Below are positions 48,494 through 60,366 of a stretch of 64,000 nt of DNA, piece by piece. Origin of the DNA: Lytechinus pictus. Lineage: Eukaryota. The stretch spans positions 30,444,001 to 30,508,000 of the forward strand of contig NC_087245.1 of assembly GCF_037042905.1 (NCBI RefSeq), written 5' to 3'. The notes beneath the pieces are model-generated. The model saw only the letters and a program-made list of their open reading frames with translations, did no database searches and was not told the origin of the DNA. A program made the translations under genes and the position numbers. How positions within the stretch are numbered: position 1 is the first letter of the stretch; each line of letters begins with the position of its first letter.

Positions 48494-50216
48494 CATACCT
48501 GCCAACCATTCCGATTTTGGCGGAATTATACCGATTTTTCGACCTCCATTCCGAATTCCGAATTTTAAAACCAAAATTCCGATTTTTGGGTTAATCAATA
48601 TAGTGTTGAAATTATTGAAACGGCTGTATAATGCGACTAACGCATGCACAGCTGTAAGATGCGACTAACGCATAAACGACTGGAGCGCACGGCTACGCAA
48701 ATGCGCTAGCTACACGAAATACACAGAGAGCGACTTTAAACGGCGCGCGAACACTGCTAAGTGCGCAGTTCCATTGCAAATACATGTGAAAATTAACGAG
48801 CATACACGCAACGGCAGCACTTAGGGCGCTACATTTTGAGGTGTTGTCGTTAGCGTTGACTTCCGGAAAAAAATGGCGGCTGACATTGGCTAGCGAAAGA
48901 GCCAGTTTTTAGTGAGGACATGTTTTCACAATCCACGAACATCAGAAAAACCGTGAAAGAGTAACCTTTTTAGACCCCTTGTTTCCTAACTACGATGTTA
49001 AGAATCACCGATGGTGATATTTTTTACGCAAAACAAGGTGATTTAGGTAAGAAAATTTCACTTTTTATTTGAGGTTTTTGCCCATGTCGCCGGATGTGGG
49101 AGTGAGTTAGTGATGTATCGTACATATCTAGAGTGTGTTGGTGATTACAGTGGTATATCGCTGAGTCTGCTGATGATATGAACGGCAGGTCGTTGAACAC
49201 CGGCCGCGCCCCCGCCCGGCCGCGTACCAACGCAATTAAGTTAGATCTATCCCTACGCAATTTTAACATTGATCTGTACTCTATTTTTCGAATAATTGTC
49301 AATTTTTTGAGGAAGAAAGATGAATAACTTTCGATCTCGGGTTGAGCCTTCGGAGCCGAACGCCAAATCTACTTTACATGTTTCGCTTGCCTAACCATGC
49401 CTGAACTCCCAGCGCCCGCCCAGTGGCTGCGCCTCAGCCTCCCCGTCTTTTACCGGCGCACCGCAAGTGCAGTGGTGGGTGCGGGTCGGGCGCATGCAGC
49501 CGTTAGTTTCGGCTCCGTTTTTGTCATGGTTGAAAATCTGCTTTCTTCTACCAACAAGCACTTATCAAATGTAGGTTATGATATAACTTTGTCCTCAGTC
49601 AGTAACCCCTGTGTGGTGAAATAACATGAATAAGACAATGTCAATGTTTGGCTTATTTTCTCTTGATGCATGATTGATAGGCTGGATAATAAATGTTTGA
49701 TTTTTTGGCTTGTCAGTTTTTAATACAGTACTGTAGGGATAACTTAAATCTAAATTCATCATAAAATCTTGAAATTATTTATTTGTCTAATTGAAAATAG
49801 AATGTGTGGAGATGAAGATCTGCATCAATCTCACTTTCCACCAATAGAGGGCCTCACAAAAATATGCTCAAAATCAAAGTTTTTAGAGAGCTCTGATGAA
49901 CAAGAAAAATTATCCCCAAGTGGCTAAGTCTATATAGATATATCACACCTGAATGAAACTGGGTGGTTTATGTCACAAAAGTGATATTTTAAAGATCTTT
50001 TTTTAAATTTTTAATTGATAAATAAAGGTAGACTCTACATGTAGGTCATCCTCTGGTGTGGTAATGAGGGTAAATTTACTTTTAAAAGTGTAGGGAAATG
50101 CTACTTTTACATGCTGAAAATGCAGAGTCCCTATACCGTTGGAGCGGACCGGACACCCGCTCGGCGCCCTCGGAACTTTGATACTGATTTTTTATTATCA
50201 AAGGTTGGCAGGTATG
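48494..50216. mobile_element. Non-autonomous TIR element with 6-bp TSD (hAT-related, tentative)
   Basis: 14-bp perfect TIR CATACCTGCCAACC; TSD CACTGC; subterminal TTCCGA repeats. Confidence 0.87.
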
Positions 50217-50517
50217 CACTGCCATTGTGGAATTGCACAGAAACATAGATTACTCTATGCTGAAGCCTTAAGCTGAATGGTAAATGTAACCCCCCCCCCC
50301 CCCAAGAGCATGTCAACATTCCAATAACGATTATATGAATGTGTATTGCCCTAAAACTAATAAAAGATTTATGAAATTGAGCATATAAATTAGAAGTGTG
50401 TTTTACTTTATTTTTATTTTTTTTGGGGGGGTACCCGTAATTTCAATTGAAAATTCATTTTGATTTGAACATTTTTATTTTATTAAAGCTTCCCTCAAGA
50501 ATGCTAGTGGGGGAAAA

Positions 50518-51022
50518 TTTTAGTCGCGCCTGCATAGCAGAGCGAGTATTTAGTTTAGGCGCCACTTTTTTGACGGCGGCGACTGTCAAGATTGAAATCT
50601 TAACCAAGGATAAATTTCTTGAAATGTCATAACTTTGATATGGACCTAGTTCATGAAACTTGGACGTCAGTGAATATCCTGTGTGAGATTTCAGTCACAT
50701 GACCAAGGTCAAAAGTCATTTAAAGTCAATGAATTTTGGCCATGTTGGGGGTGTTGTTGAATTGTCATAACTTTGAAAAGTTTATGGATCCAGTTCATAA
50801 AACGTTGACAAAAAGGTAATCAAGTATCACTGATCGGCTTGCACAAGCCTCTGGTCACATGATCTAGGTCAAAGGTCATGCAGGGTCAATGATCTTAGTA
50901 TTCTACTATCATATGAATGGTGTTTTGGGGAATAATTATTATTCAGTAGTTATCAAAGTCAGCACTGCTGCTATATTGAACTGCGTTATGTAGGCAAGAC
51001 TGCTAAGAGTGTTCCACTTGTT
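50518..51022 (+). mobile_element. HINE/pearl-like copy 4 (degenerate)
   Basis: CCTGCATAGCAGAGCGAG start, core repeat, TTCCACTTGTT end. Confidence 0.72.
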
Positions 51023-54000
51023 GGGTATAATCCTTGCCTTTAGCTGTCTGATATCCGATCAATGACTTTTATCAAAGGGCCATTTTGAAAAATAGAATCA
51101 TTACTAAGATAGGGTACTAGATATTTTAAATCAAACAATCAAGAATCAGAAGTTGAGAAAAAAAATTGACAGCCACTTCACATATTTAAGATTAGAATGT
51201 TTGATGACTCTCAAGTATGATTTCCATTATCGACCCTTTCCGCAAGCTCAAGACAGGCTTTAAACTCTTAAACTCATCTGATATTACCTTACAATTTTCT
51301 CAATTTTGTTTGATTTAAGTGCAATATTGTGCTTTAGTTGAAATACAAGGTGAAGACTAGCAATGCCTGTATCTCGAACCATAGATCTTGTCATATTGCA
51401 CATGTAATTGCATGGACATGAACTGTTGCGAGTGATTCCATTTCATTGGTTAAACTGTAACCTTCAGGCCTTATGTGCTTATCGAAATGGCAACAACTTA
51501 AATGTACATGTATGCTGTTTAACATGAGACTTCAGGTAGAACACAAGCTAGTATAATTTTTGTTACAATTATACAATGTAATATTTCATGAATGTTTAGT
51601 ATTGCCAAAGTTTAGCACTTTTTCATTTGTTTGGGATGAAATGAGTGGAAATTGAATATTGATTCACAAAATCATTGTTTATGCAATTATATAATTGTAT
51701 TTTGATGTATAATAAAAAAAAAATTATATGTATTAGTATGTGAAGGAATTCAATGTAAAAAGGATGAAACCCTTTTTATTTTTTATTTAGAATAAGAGAT
51801 GAAAATTTCACAAAGAAAGTTTCCAAATCATTTTATAATGAATTGACCAGTTTGAAAGCTTGCCCAACATTACTGCAAGTAACCTATGCAGTCATCAAGA
51901 AACACATGTACAATTTTCAATAATCTGGTATTTACTGTATAGGTTATATATTTTGCAGTGCACAAGTACCTTATTTTCATGAAACTATGAAACTTGCATT
52001 TGAATATTTGCAAAGCTTTCCCTGATATAATCCTATGAAGTGAAGGAGAACACAATGAAATTGGAAAATTATACTTCTGTGAATTTCCATCTCAAAGCAA
52101 AATGTCAGTAATAATCTCTACCCTATATGTGTAACAAATACAGTATTTGATCATTTTTTTGACCTTATGCAAAAAAAAACATTATTAGTACTTTGGCTTC
52201 ATGAACAAAATTTTCTGCAATTTATTCCCTTTCAATAACTTAAACTGATTCTGATTGTATATTGTTTTAAATAATGCATTTATGGGATTCGGTACTGTCA
52301 CAATCCTCCCCCCCCCCCCATGAATTGCATAATTTTACATCATTTTACAAAGTGAATGGGTATTTTTTCATGTTTTTGTAGCTTTAAATAGAAATTTGGT
52401 GGAAACTTATAGACAGATGTGAGCTGCCACCCGGACATCATTATGTAATCAGAGCAATGTGTCTGAAGTAAAGCTGGGTAATTTATATTACATAGATTGT
52501 GTTTTTATTCAATTTTATGATGTTATTTTTCTCTCAGTTGTACAAGGCCAGCCTTAATGGTAGTGCTGCATCGTGAATCCTGGAGATAAGACTAAATGCT
52601 TGCTTGCTTGACACAAACAAACAAGCTATTCTGAAGATAGTCATAATAATGCTCACTTTGGGCCCTGTAACAAGGTTTAGTAATTGATCTTGTGGCAGAT
52701 TTCTACAATGGATTGCATTGATTATTGTGTATAATCAATCTTAAAAGCCGGCCCCACGATCCATCGCTAAGCTTCATGTTACAGGGTCCTGATTTGCTCA
52801 TTTCCATCTAGTCTTGTCTCTGTTGTTGGTGTTTTAGGAAAGTTTTCTTTGGCTTAGATTTGTGTTGTTCCCATATGCCTTGTCTCTGTATTATGACAAA
52901 CTGAAAATATTTCCATATTTATATGAGAAAATGTAGTTTCAATTGATGGTTAATAAAATGTATTTCAATTCAATTTTTGTTCACTTTTGAATGATTTTTA
53001 TTATTTATTGCTAATAACCATTTTTTGTACAGTACAGTAATAAGAAATCACATACATACACGATTCAACATCAATTCAAATTCACGCAACTGGCTTAATG
53101 CATGCATGTGTTAATATATCAAGTTGGTATATATACAAATTAGACTAAAATAAATGCTACTGCAAATGAGACAAATATTTAGAACGAGCTGTTTAGCTAT
53201 TAGAAAATGACAAAATAAATTGAATCTGTGGTGAAAAAATAGTGTCATTCCACCACATAACCAATTGATTTAGCCCTCATTTGTTTTTTACCGTGTTGAA
53301 AATAGTAAATTCTGAGCTTTAAATGGTGTACTATTGGATGTGGTTTGATACAGAAAACCCTTAGAAATAAGAGTGGGGATGTATGAAAGCCACATGAGGC
53401 ACTATCAAGAACATGGGAGAGGAGCTTTAAAAGAGTTTGATCATTTCATTATGGCCCGTTACTTGAAAGCTTCATAGCAAAATGGACAGAAATTCTCGTG
53501 TACGTACGCAGACATTTTTTGCTGGGGGGCAGGACGCGTAAACTTCTTCAATAAAAAAAAAACCCAAAAGCAATGGAGCGAAGCGACTGAGCTTGTCATC
53601 AGGGTGCTTTTACATCTTGTAAAGTGAAATTGAAGGGTTTTATGCATACTTTTGGTGAATTTTGTGAAAGTTTTCAGTAAAAAATATATAAGTTTTCAAA
53701 ATTTAGGGGGGCATCTGCCTCCACCCCGCTGCGTACAGCCATGGAGATTCTAACTTATAATGAAAAAGGTTCATTTCAAGCTTGCGTAAGTTGTATACCA
53801 TATCTGACCCTTACATTTTGATAAATTATATATCACTTTTTTTAGTACAGATAAATCTGATAATCGCCCAGGTGAATTCAATTTGCTATTTGTTAACAGT
53901 TGTTTGTTTCCAGTAGATTCAAAGTAGGCAGGAACCAATATTAAAAATACCCACGTACATAATTTTTGCTGATGAGTCTTTCTAAACTCCCATTACGACT

Positions 54001-54407
54001 CATATGCAGAAAGGTAACAAATAGGATTAGACCATGTGGAATGAGATCGAAGAGGCATCACACAAGGATAAGGCAAAGTGACAATTAACCACAATATAAT
54101 TCAATATTACCTGGTACTTTTCTGATATGGTATTGACGCGATAATCCTGAGATTAGAGCTTAGGAATAATTAATGATTTTTAGAAGAAAACTTGTATGTA
54201 AACTATGATAATGATGCTAATAATAAGTAAACCCACTTGAAACAGGAAAAGCAAGAAAGCCCATTTTAATTGATGTTAGTTTATGCTACTGAAATTGATC
54301 AAGTAGGCATCCCTCACACGTTGCAATCAGTCCCTCCTCTGCCATCAGTTTAAATGAAAATACAAGGTCCGTTTCCAGTTCTTTAAAAAAACTCTAGCCA
54401 ATTAATA

Positions 54408-54578
54408 TCATTTAAAGAGTTTGAATTTCTTGAAGAACTTCTGCACCTCCTCTTTTGGATAGGGTTTCACTGCAAGACAGGTAGCATAATCCTCAGGTTG
54501 TTCAATCCACAGTTTATGATCAATGTTATTCTCTTTTAATTTCTCTGACAATGTTCTGACATCTGCTTCATTCTTTGC
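54408..54578 (-). CDS. PTRHD1: PTRHD1 terminal coding exon 3
   Basis: 171 nt, polypyrimidine-CAG acceptor, TGA stop. Confidence 0.94.
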   Translation of the reverse strand, partial: AKNEADVRTLSEKLKENNIDHKLWIEQPEDYATCLAVKPYPKEEVQKFFKKFKLFK

Positions 54579-56433
54579 CTGGAAGAAAAGAAAACATATA
54601 AAGTACTTGACCAATAAAGAATCCAAATTAATAACTGGGTCAATTCCCCACAACATTGTCATTGTGGATTAACTTTTGGAGGATTGGGATTATCATGACA
54701 TGTCAAGGCCAAAAACACACACCTAATTAAAGTTCATATTCAATCTCTGATTTTAGGGAAAATATTCACCATTACAAACTTTCACAGTTTAATTAGCCTA
54801 ATTGGAGGGTGGAAGCAGCTTTCTCTCCAGCAGATGGATGGAGCAGTGTTTTCAAACATGAAAACCTTTTTGCTTATCTTTTGTATTGTTTTTTGATGTT
54901 TCCATCAGCACCATTTCATCTCTGAATGATCTTTCTCATTCATTTTTTATCCAATTTCTCATTGAAACTTGTAGTGTACTACATCTCAACACTTGTAAAA
55001 AAAATACATAAAAGTTTCATCTTTACTCAAGATCAATGATTTAAAGAGATGCAAAGAGGCCAAAAATCAAGGAAAGTATTAAATTCAATTGTGATCAACA
55101 AAGAAAGTACCGGTATGCAGAAATGTTGCAACATGTATTTTTGAACTGTGGAGTATTTCATTACTTTTGTCACTTTTTTTCTTGTTTAAAATGGAACTTG
55201 TACCCAATTATTAACACATCCTCACATATTTCAACTATGTATAAGAACAGTATTACAACAACTGCCACTGTAATCAACAATTTGATTGTGGGCATCAATG
55301 ATCAGAGGAAACCCAAAACAACTTACCTCAAGAACAACTTTATGCATGTTGTCCAGATCCGATGTGTATTTCATTACGTTTTCATCCTCCTTGAACAGAT
55401 GTATCACAGCAGTACAAGCATGGCATGCCTATATTCAAATGAGAAACACAAGTTGAAAATCTGGGAAGTTTTGGAATTTTCAAATCCTATAAGTACAATG
55501 TAGATCTAAATTGAAATGAAATCATAAAGCTCATCAAAATACTGAAGTAGTTAACAAATACATTAAGTTATGAAAGTTAAAATAAAACATTTTTTGAGGG
55601 TTGGGAGAAGGAAGACACCAAACTACACTGTCTAAAAAAACAAGAGGCAAAAGGAGGAATAGATTCTATATATGTGGGAAACTTTGGAGAGATGATCATC
55701 TTCAAATGCTCGGGTAATTCGGGCAATAATTATTCTTGTAATTTTGTGGAATTTCAACAAAGGTTTTGTGAAAATCAGGTACAAAAAACTTGGTCCTATG
55801 CAGCTAAAATTGTTTACAATTAGATCTTATGTTACAGGTCAATCTATGTTCAGTTCACAATGACAATCAATATTAAAGTTAACCCTAAGTTAACTAAAAT
55901 AAAAATTTAGAAAGTCAAAAGGGGCCTTAGCTTTCGATCCTAGCAGAATCTTCGTCGGAGGCAAAATAAAAAGTATCAACTATCATCAATGCCACTACTA
56001 CTATTATAATACTATAGCTCTGGATGTATCAAGAATATATTATATGGGCGTGGTCGACTTCATTTGGCTGGGCATGGCTAGAGAAAGCTGGGGGACATTA
56101 CCCTAACCCAATATAAATATTCCTTCAAAAATTGCCCCTTGATGCGGTCTTGTAAAGTAAGATGAGGTTGAGACGAGGTCCATCATTTGGTTTCTCCTAT
56201 TTTCTTGACACGATTTTAAGCACGTGGGACCAGCCTCACCTAAAAAATAAAGGAAGTCTTACAGGAAATGATCTGCTTCTCAAGAAAATCTTCAATAAAT
56301 TAATCAAATAGTATTCCGGAGAGTACAGTTATCTCATCGAAATTACCTGTGCTATGACAGCACCCGTTGGCCATTTCAAGGCATGTAACAGATCGCCTCT
56401 TACAACGACATACTGCACCATGGAGGCTGCCAT
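54408..56433 (-). CDS. PTRHD1: Peptidyl-tRNA hydrolase domain-containing protein 1 (PTH2 family), 119 aa: join(56347-56433,55327-55428,54408-54578)
   Basis: MAASMVQYVVVRGDLLHALKWPTGAVIAQ|ACHACTAVIHLFKEDENVMKYTSDLDNMHKVVLE|AKNEADVRTLSEKLKENNIDHKLWIEQPEDYATCLAVKPYPKEEVQKFFKKFKLFK*. Diagnostic QYVVVRxDL, AQACHA, MHKVVLE and HKLWIEQPE motifs; phase-0 GT-AG introns. Confidence 0.96.
55327..55428 (-). CDS. PTRHD1: PTRHD1 coding exon 2
   Basis: 102 nt, TAG acceptor, GAG|GTAAGT donor. Confidence 0.94.
55907..55967 (-). ncRNA. Solo Penelope-like terminal fragment made almost only of the minimal hammerhead motif (55924-55962), in PTRHD1 intron 1
   Basis: Near-identical to 1311-1366; NUH triplet is CUA instead of CUU. 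Confidence 0.6.
56347..56433 (-). CDS. PTRHD1: PTRHD1 coding exon 1
   Basis: AAAATGG start, 87 nt, CAG|GTAATT donor. Confidence 0.93.
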
Positions 56434-56756
56434 TTTTATTTTTCATGAAGCTTGTCCAAAATTTCTTATTTCAAAGATGAACAAAATGTATGAAAATAGT
56501 ATCATCAGCTTTAAAAATATATCTTAAATATTAAATTTTGTAATTTTAATTTCCAAAAGGGAAACAAATTCTTTCTTTTTTTTTTTTACAAAAGTTTGAC
56601 AGAATTTTAATCTGAAAAAGACTGAATGTGCGCGATCGATCGGCGGTAGAATTTAATTTTTAATTTGGCTTGACTGGATTCAAACAATCTTTTCCAAGAT
56701 CTACTGTGTTAAATTCGATCTTTTTACAGGGTCTAAGTTAGAATAGTAAACTGGGC
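56434..56756. promoter_or_regulatory. Bidirectional promoter region between PTRHD1 and probable CENPO
   Basis: 323 bp between divergent ATGs, with a CpG-rich patch near 56628-56647. Confidence 0.55.
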
Positions 56757-56787
56757 ATGGAGGTTTTAACAGATAGATTATCCAGAG
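56757..56787 (+). CDS. CENPO: Probable CENP-O first coding exon (MEVLTDRLSR-G)
   Basis: GGCATGG start, strong AG|GTGAGT donor, phase 1 matches the exon at 62471; head-to-head with PTRHD1. Confidence 0.62.
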
Positions 56788-57028
56788 GTGAGTACAGTCA
56801 TTATTTTGCTCGTTATAAATCAGATTTTGCCAGGCCGAGGCGAGGCCAGGGGCGACTTGGCCCGGCTAGTCAGCGAATTCCGTGTGGCCAGCCGGCCAGC
56901 CAGGGCCGGGCGGCGGTGGTGCTGAGCTAGAGAGCTCCGCTGCAGCTGCGCGCCGATCATATGCTTTTCTGATCGTTGGCAATGCCGGTGCCGGTGGCAT
57001 CGCACTGATGAGTGGCCATGGCCGGGGT

Positions 57029-58522
57029 GCGCGTTTCCGTTTTACACCCTGGCGAAGGCATTTTCCGGAAAAATAGCCACAAAGCGACTAGTGAAGAGTC
57101 TATGTCTACGTTTGTTTACATAATCAGCTGGGCGCGCGATCCAAAAGTCCGCACCGAAGATATCCGCAGAACATACGTGCAAATGCAGCTGAGCTTCAGC
57201 TAAGCTTCAGTCTCTGTATTTTGGTTGTTCCGCTGAACTATATACGTTGGCTTCATGATTTTTTTTTACTTTATCGCACATGATCGTTTATATGAATGAA
57301 AACGAATAGGCCTAATAGCTAAAATATTGAAAAATAAAACACATAATTACCTTTTTTCATATTATATCTATCCTTATATCTATCATATCTGTCTACCCAC
57401 TATCTATCTTATAAATCAATCTATGGAACTACATGATATATCTATCTGTTATTTTTTGTCTATCTACTCTGTCTCTCTCATTCTCTATCTACCTATCTAT
57501 CTGTCTATCTATCTATCCATCTAACATCTATCTCTCAAATTCTCTATCTATCCATCTGTCTCTCTTTTATTTCTCTCTATCCATCTATTAATCTACTCAT
57601 GTGCAATATCAACACTGCCTCGACTTCCTTCGGGAGTCTATTTCCTCAGCTCTACTTTTCCCTTTTTTGTGCTCGTTTCGATTCAATTACTACTTTATTT
57701 ACTTGTTACCATTGTTAAATGTCTTGTATTGCATAATGAGTTTTTTTTTCTGAAGGTTGCCTCCTATTCTCTTTCAAATTCCCCCTCTTGCTTTCCCTTC
57801 TCTTTGTCTTATCCCAATTTCTTTCCCTTCTCTCACCTCTTTCTTCTTAATCTTTCATTCCGCTTTTTTCTTCTTTGGTGACACTTTGTATTACTTTTGG
57901 CCCTTTGTATTTATTTATGATACATTTCTTTTTCATCTGTATGAATTTGTATTGTATTTGATATTTATTTATAATGTTTACTTTATATTTTGTTATGATT
58001 CTATTTGTATGTAAACATTCACTTATTTCAGTCTTTGATCTCAAATTCTCTCTATCTATCCATCTGTCTGTCTTTTTCTCTCTATCCGTCTATATATCTA
58101 TCTCTCAAATTATATATATATAAATCTATCTATCTATCTATCTATCTATGTAACTACAGTATCTATCTATCTGTTAATCTTCTCTGTCTCTCTCATTCTT
58201 TATCTATCTAACATCTATCTATCTATCTCTCTATCTATCCATCTGTCTTTCTCTAGTTCTCTAGTTCTCTCTCTATCAATCTATATATCTATCTTCTATC
58301 TATCTATATGTAACTGCAGTATCTATCTATCTGTTAATTTGTCGCTCTTCTCTGTCTCTCTCATTCTTTATCTATCTAACATCTATCTATCTCTCAATTC
58401 TCTATTTCTCTCTCCCCCTCTCTCTATCTATCTATCCATCTGTCTGTCTTTTTCTCTCTCTCTCTATTTCTCTTTATCCGTCCATATATCTATCTATCAA
58501 TCTATCTATCTATCTATCTATA

Positions 58523-58585
<63 letters not shown>

Positions 58586-59094
58586 AACATCTCTCCATCT
58601 CTCAAGTTCTCCCCCCCATCTATCTATCTATCTATCTATCTATCCATATCTCTGTCTTTCTCTCTCTCTCTCTACTTCTATCTATATATCTATCTATGTC
58701 TCTATCTATTTATCAGTCTTCTATATCTATCTTTCGGCATCTAAGTGTATCAATCCATCAAACTTCAATTTTCTTTCTATTGTATGTATCTGTTTATTTT
58801 TATTTTGTCTGTCATTCTATTCATTTAGTTAATAATTTATATTTAGAAAAAAAACATTTTCTTAACTTTTCATTAAAAAAACCTAACTGCAAAAGCATGT
58901 TCGGATTTCACTCATATGACTGCTCTCTCTGTACATGAAATGCTCTGATCAGTAACTGTGCAGATTGCATGCGGTGGTGTGGGACTCGCCTGTGTCGCAC
59001 GCTGCAACCAGCGACATGTGTAGACTCTTCACTTGTCGCTTTGTGGCTATTTTTGCGGAAAATGCCTTCGCCAGGGTGTAAAACGGAAACGCGC
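57029..59094. mobile_element. MULE/Mutator-like non-autonomous element with (CTAT)n-rich interior
   Basis: ~75-bp TIR GCGCGTTTCCGTTTTACACCCTGGCGAAGGCATTTTCCG...; perfect 9-bp TSD GGCCGGGGT. Confidence 0.9.
57360..58740 (+). repeat. (CTAT)n / (CT)n microsatellite region
   Basis: Longest near-pure run ~58490-58585. Confidence 0.92.
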
Positions 59095-59103
59095 GGCCGG
59101 GGT

Positions 59104-59642
59104 GAAAAAAAGAATGAAGGAGAGAAAAAATGGAATGAAAAAAGAGATAGATCTAGACTAAAGGGAGAAGGAAAGAAAAATGAAGTAAGGAAAAAGGAAA
59201 GAAAGGCAAGAAAAAAAAACTAAAAATGAGGATGAAAAGCCTTCATTGTCTGGTGATGGCTTGAAAGAAAGAAAAAAAGGGAGAAAGAAAGGAAATAAAA
59301 CAACGTCAAAGGGAAAAGAAAAGAAGGAAAGAAGAAAATAAACAAAGTCAAAGAAATGAAGCCTAGCTGGAATAGAGAATCAGAATGAAAGAAAAGAATG
59401 GGAGAAGGAAGGAAAGAAAGAATGAAAAGAAGGAGAGGAAGGGAAAAGGAAGCTAAGGAAACAAAGAATGGAGGAAATAAAGAAAAAAAAGGAAAGTAGG
59501 AAAAAGAAAGAAAAAATAATGAGGAACATAAAGAATGAAGAAAATAAATGAACCCAGAGAAAGGAAGATTGAAAATACAAATAGATGGGACAGAAGGCAT
59601 GCAGGAAGGCCAAGGATAGTAGAAACTAGAAAGGGCAAAGAA
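59104..59642 (+). repeat. Purine-rich low-complexity tract
   Basis: A/G-dominated; continues at 60232-60300 after the Kolobok-like insertion. Confidence 0.85.
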
Positions 59643-59646
59643 TTAA

Positions 59647-60230
59647 AGGTCAAGTCCACCCCAGAAAAATGTTGATTTGAATAAAAAGAGAAAAATCAAA
59701 TTAGCATAATGCTGAAAATTTCATCAAAATCGGATGTAAAATAAGAAAGTTATGACATTTTTAATGCACAACTCAGTGACATGCAAAGAAATATGAGACG
59801 GTCCATTATGTCCCTCACTATTTCTTTTGTTTTTTATGAATTATACAATATTCCAATTTTTACAGATTTGACAATAAAAACCAACTTGAATGAACCAATA
59901 TACATGATATACTATATAGTACTAAACATAGCTAATTGAATTCCACATGTTCAGGGAGGAATTAATCATTGTTTCACTTGACAATGAAGAAAAATTAGAA
60001 TATTTCATTTCATAAAATGCAAGATATATAGTGAGTGGATGATGTCACCAGTCTCCTCATTTGCATATCGACCAGAGTGTGTATATAATTGTTTTGTGAA
60101 ATCAAACAAAACTTTTAAATGTCATAACTTTCTTATTTTAAATCCGATTTTGATGAAATTTCCAGTTTTATATTTTTGGGATTTTCCTCTTTTTATTCAA
60201 ATCAACTTTTGGTTGGGGTGGACTTGTCCT
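59647..60230. mobile_element. Kolobok-like MITE
   Basis: TTAA|AGGTCAAGTCCACCCCA ... TGGGGTGGACTTGTCCT|TAAA with long imperfect inverted arms. Confidence 0.78.
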
Positions 60231-60366
60231 TAAAGAAAGAAGGGGAAAAGGAATTAAAGAAGGAAAAAAAGAAAGAAAGTAAGAATGAAAGAGGAAGAAA
60301 GCTCAAATTTAAAACAAAACAAAAAAATTTAAAGATTTTTTTTTTTTCATCTACTAAAATTATGAG

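Noticed and set aside
55123..55503. 126-aa plus-strand ORF
   Set aside because: Antisense to PTRHD1 exon 2 and introns, with no recognisable protein features.
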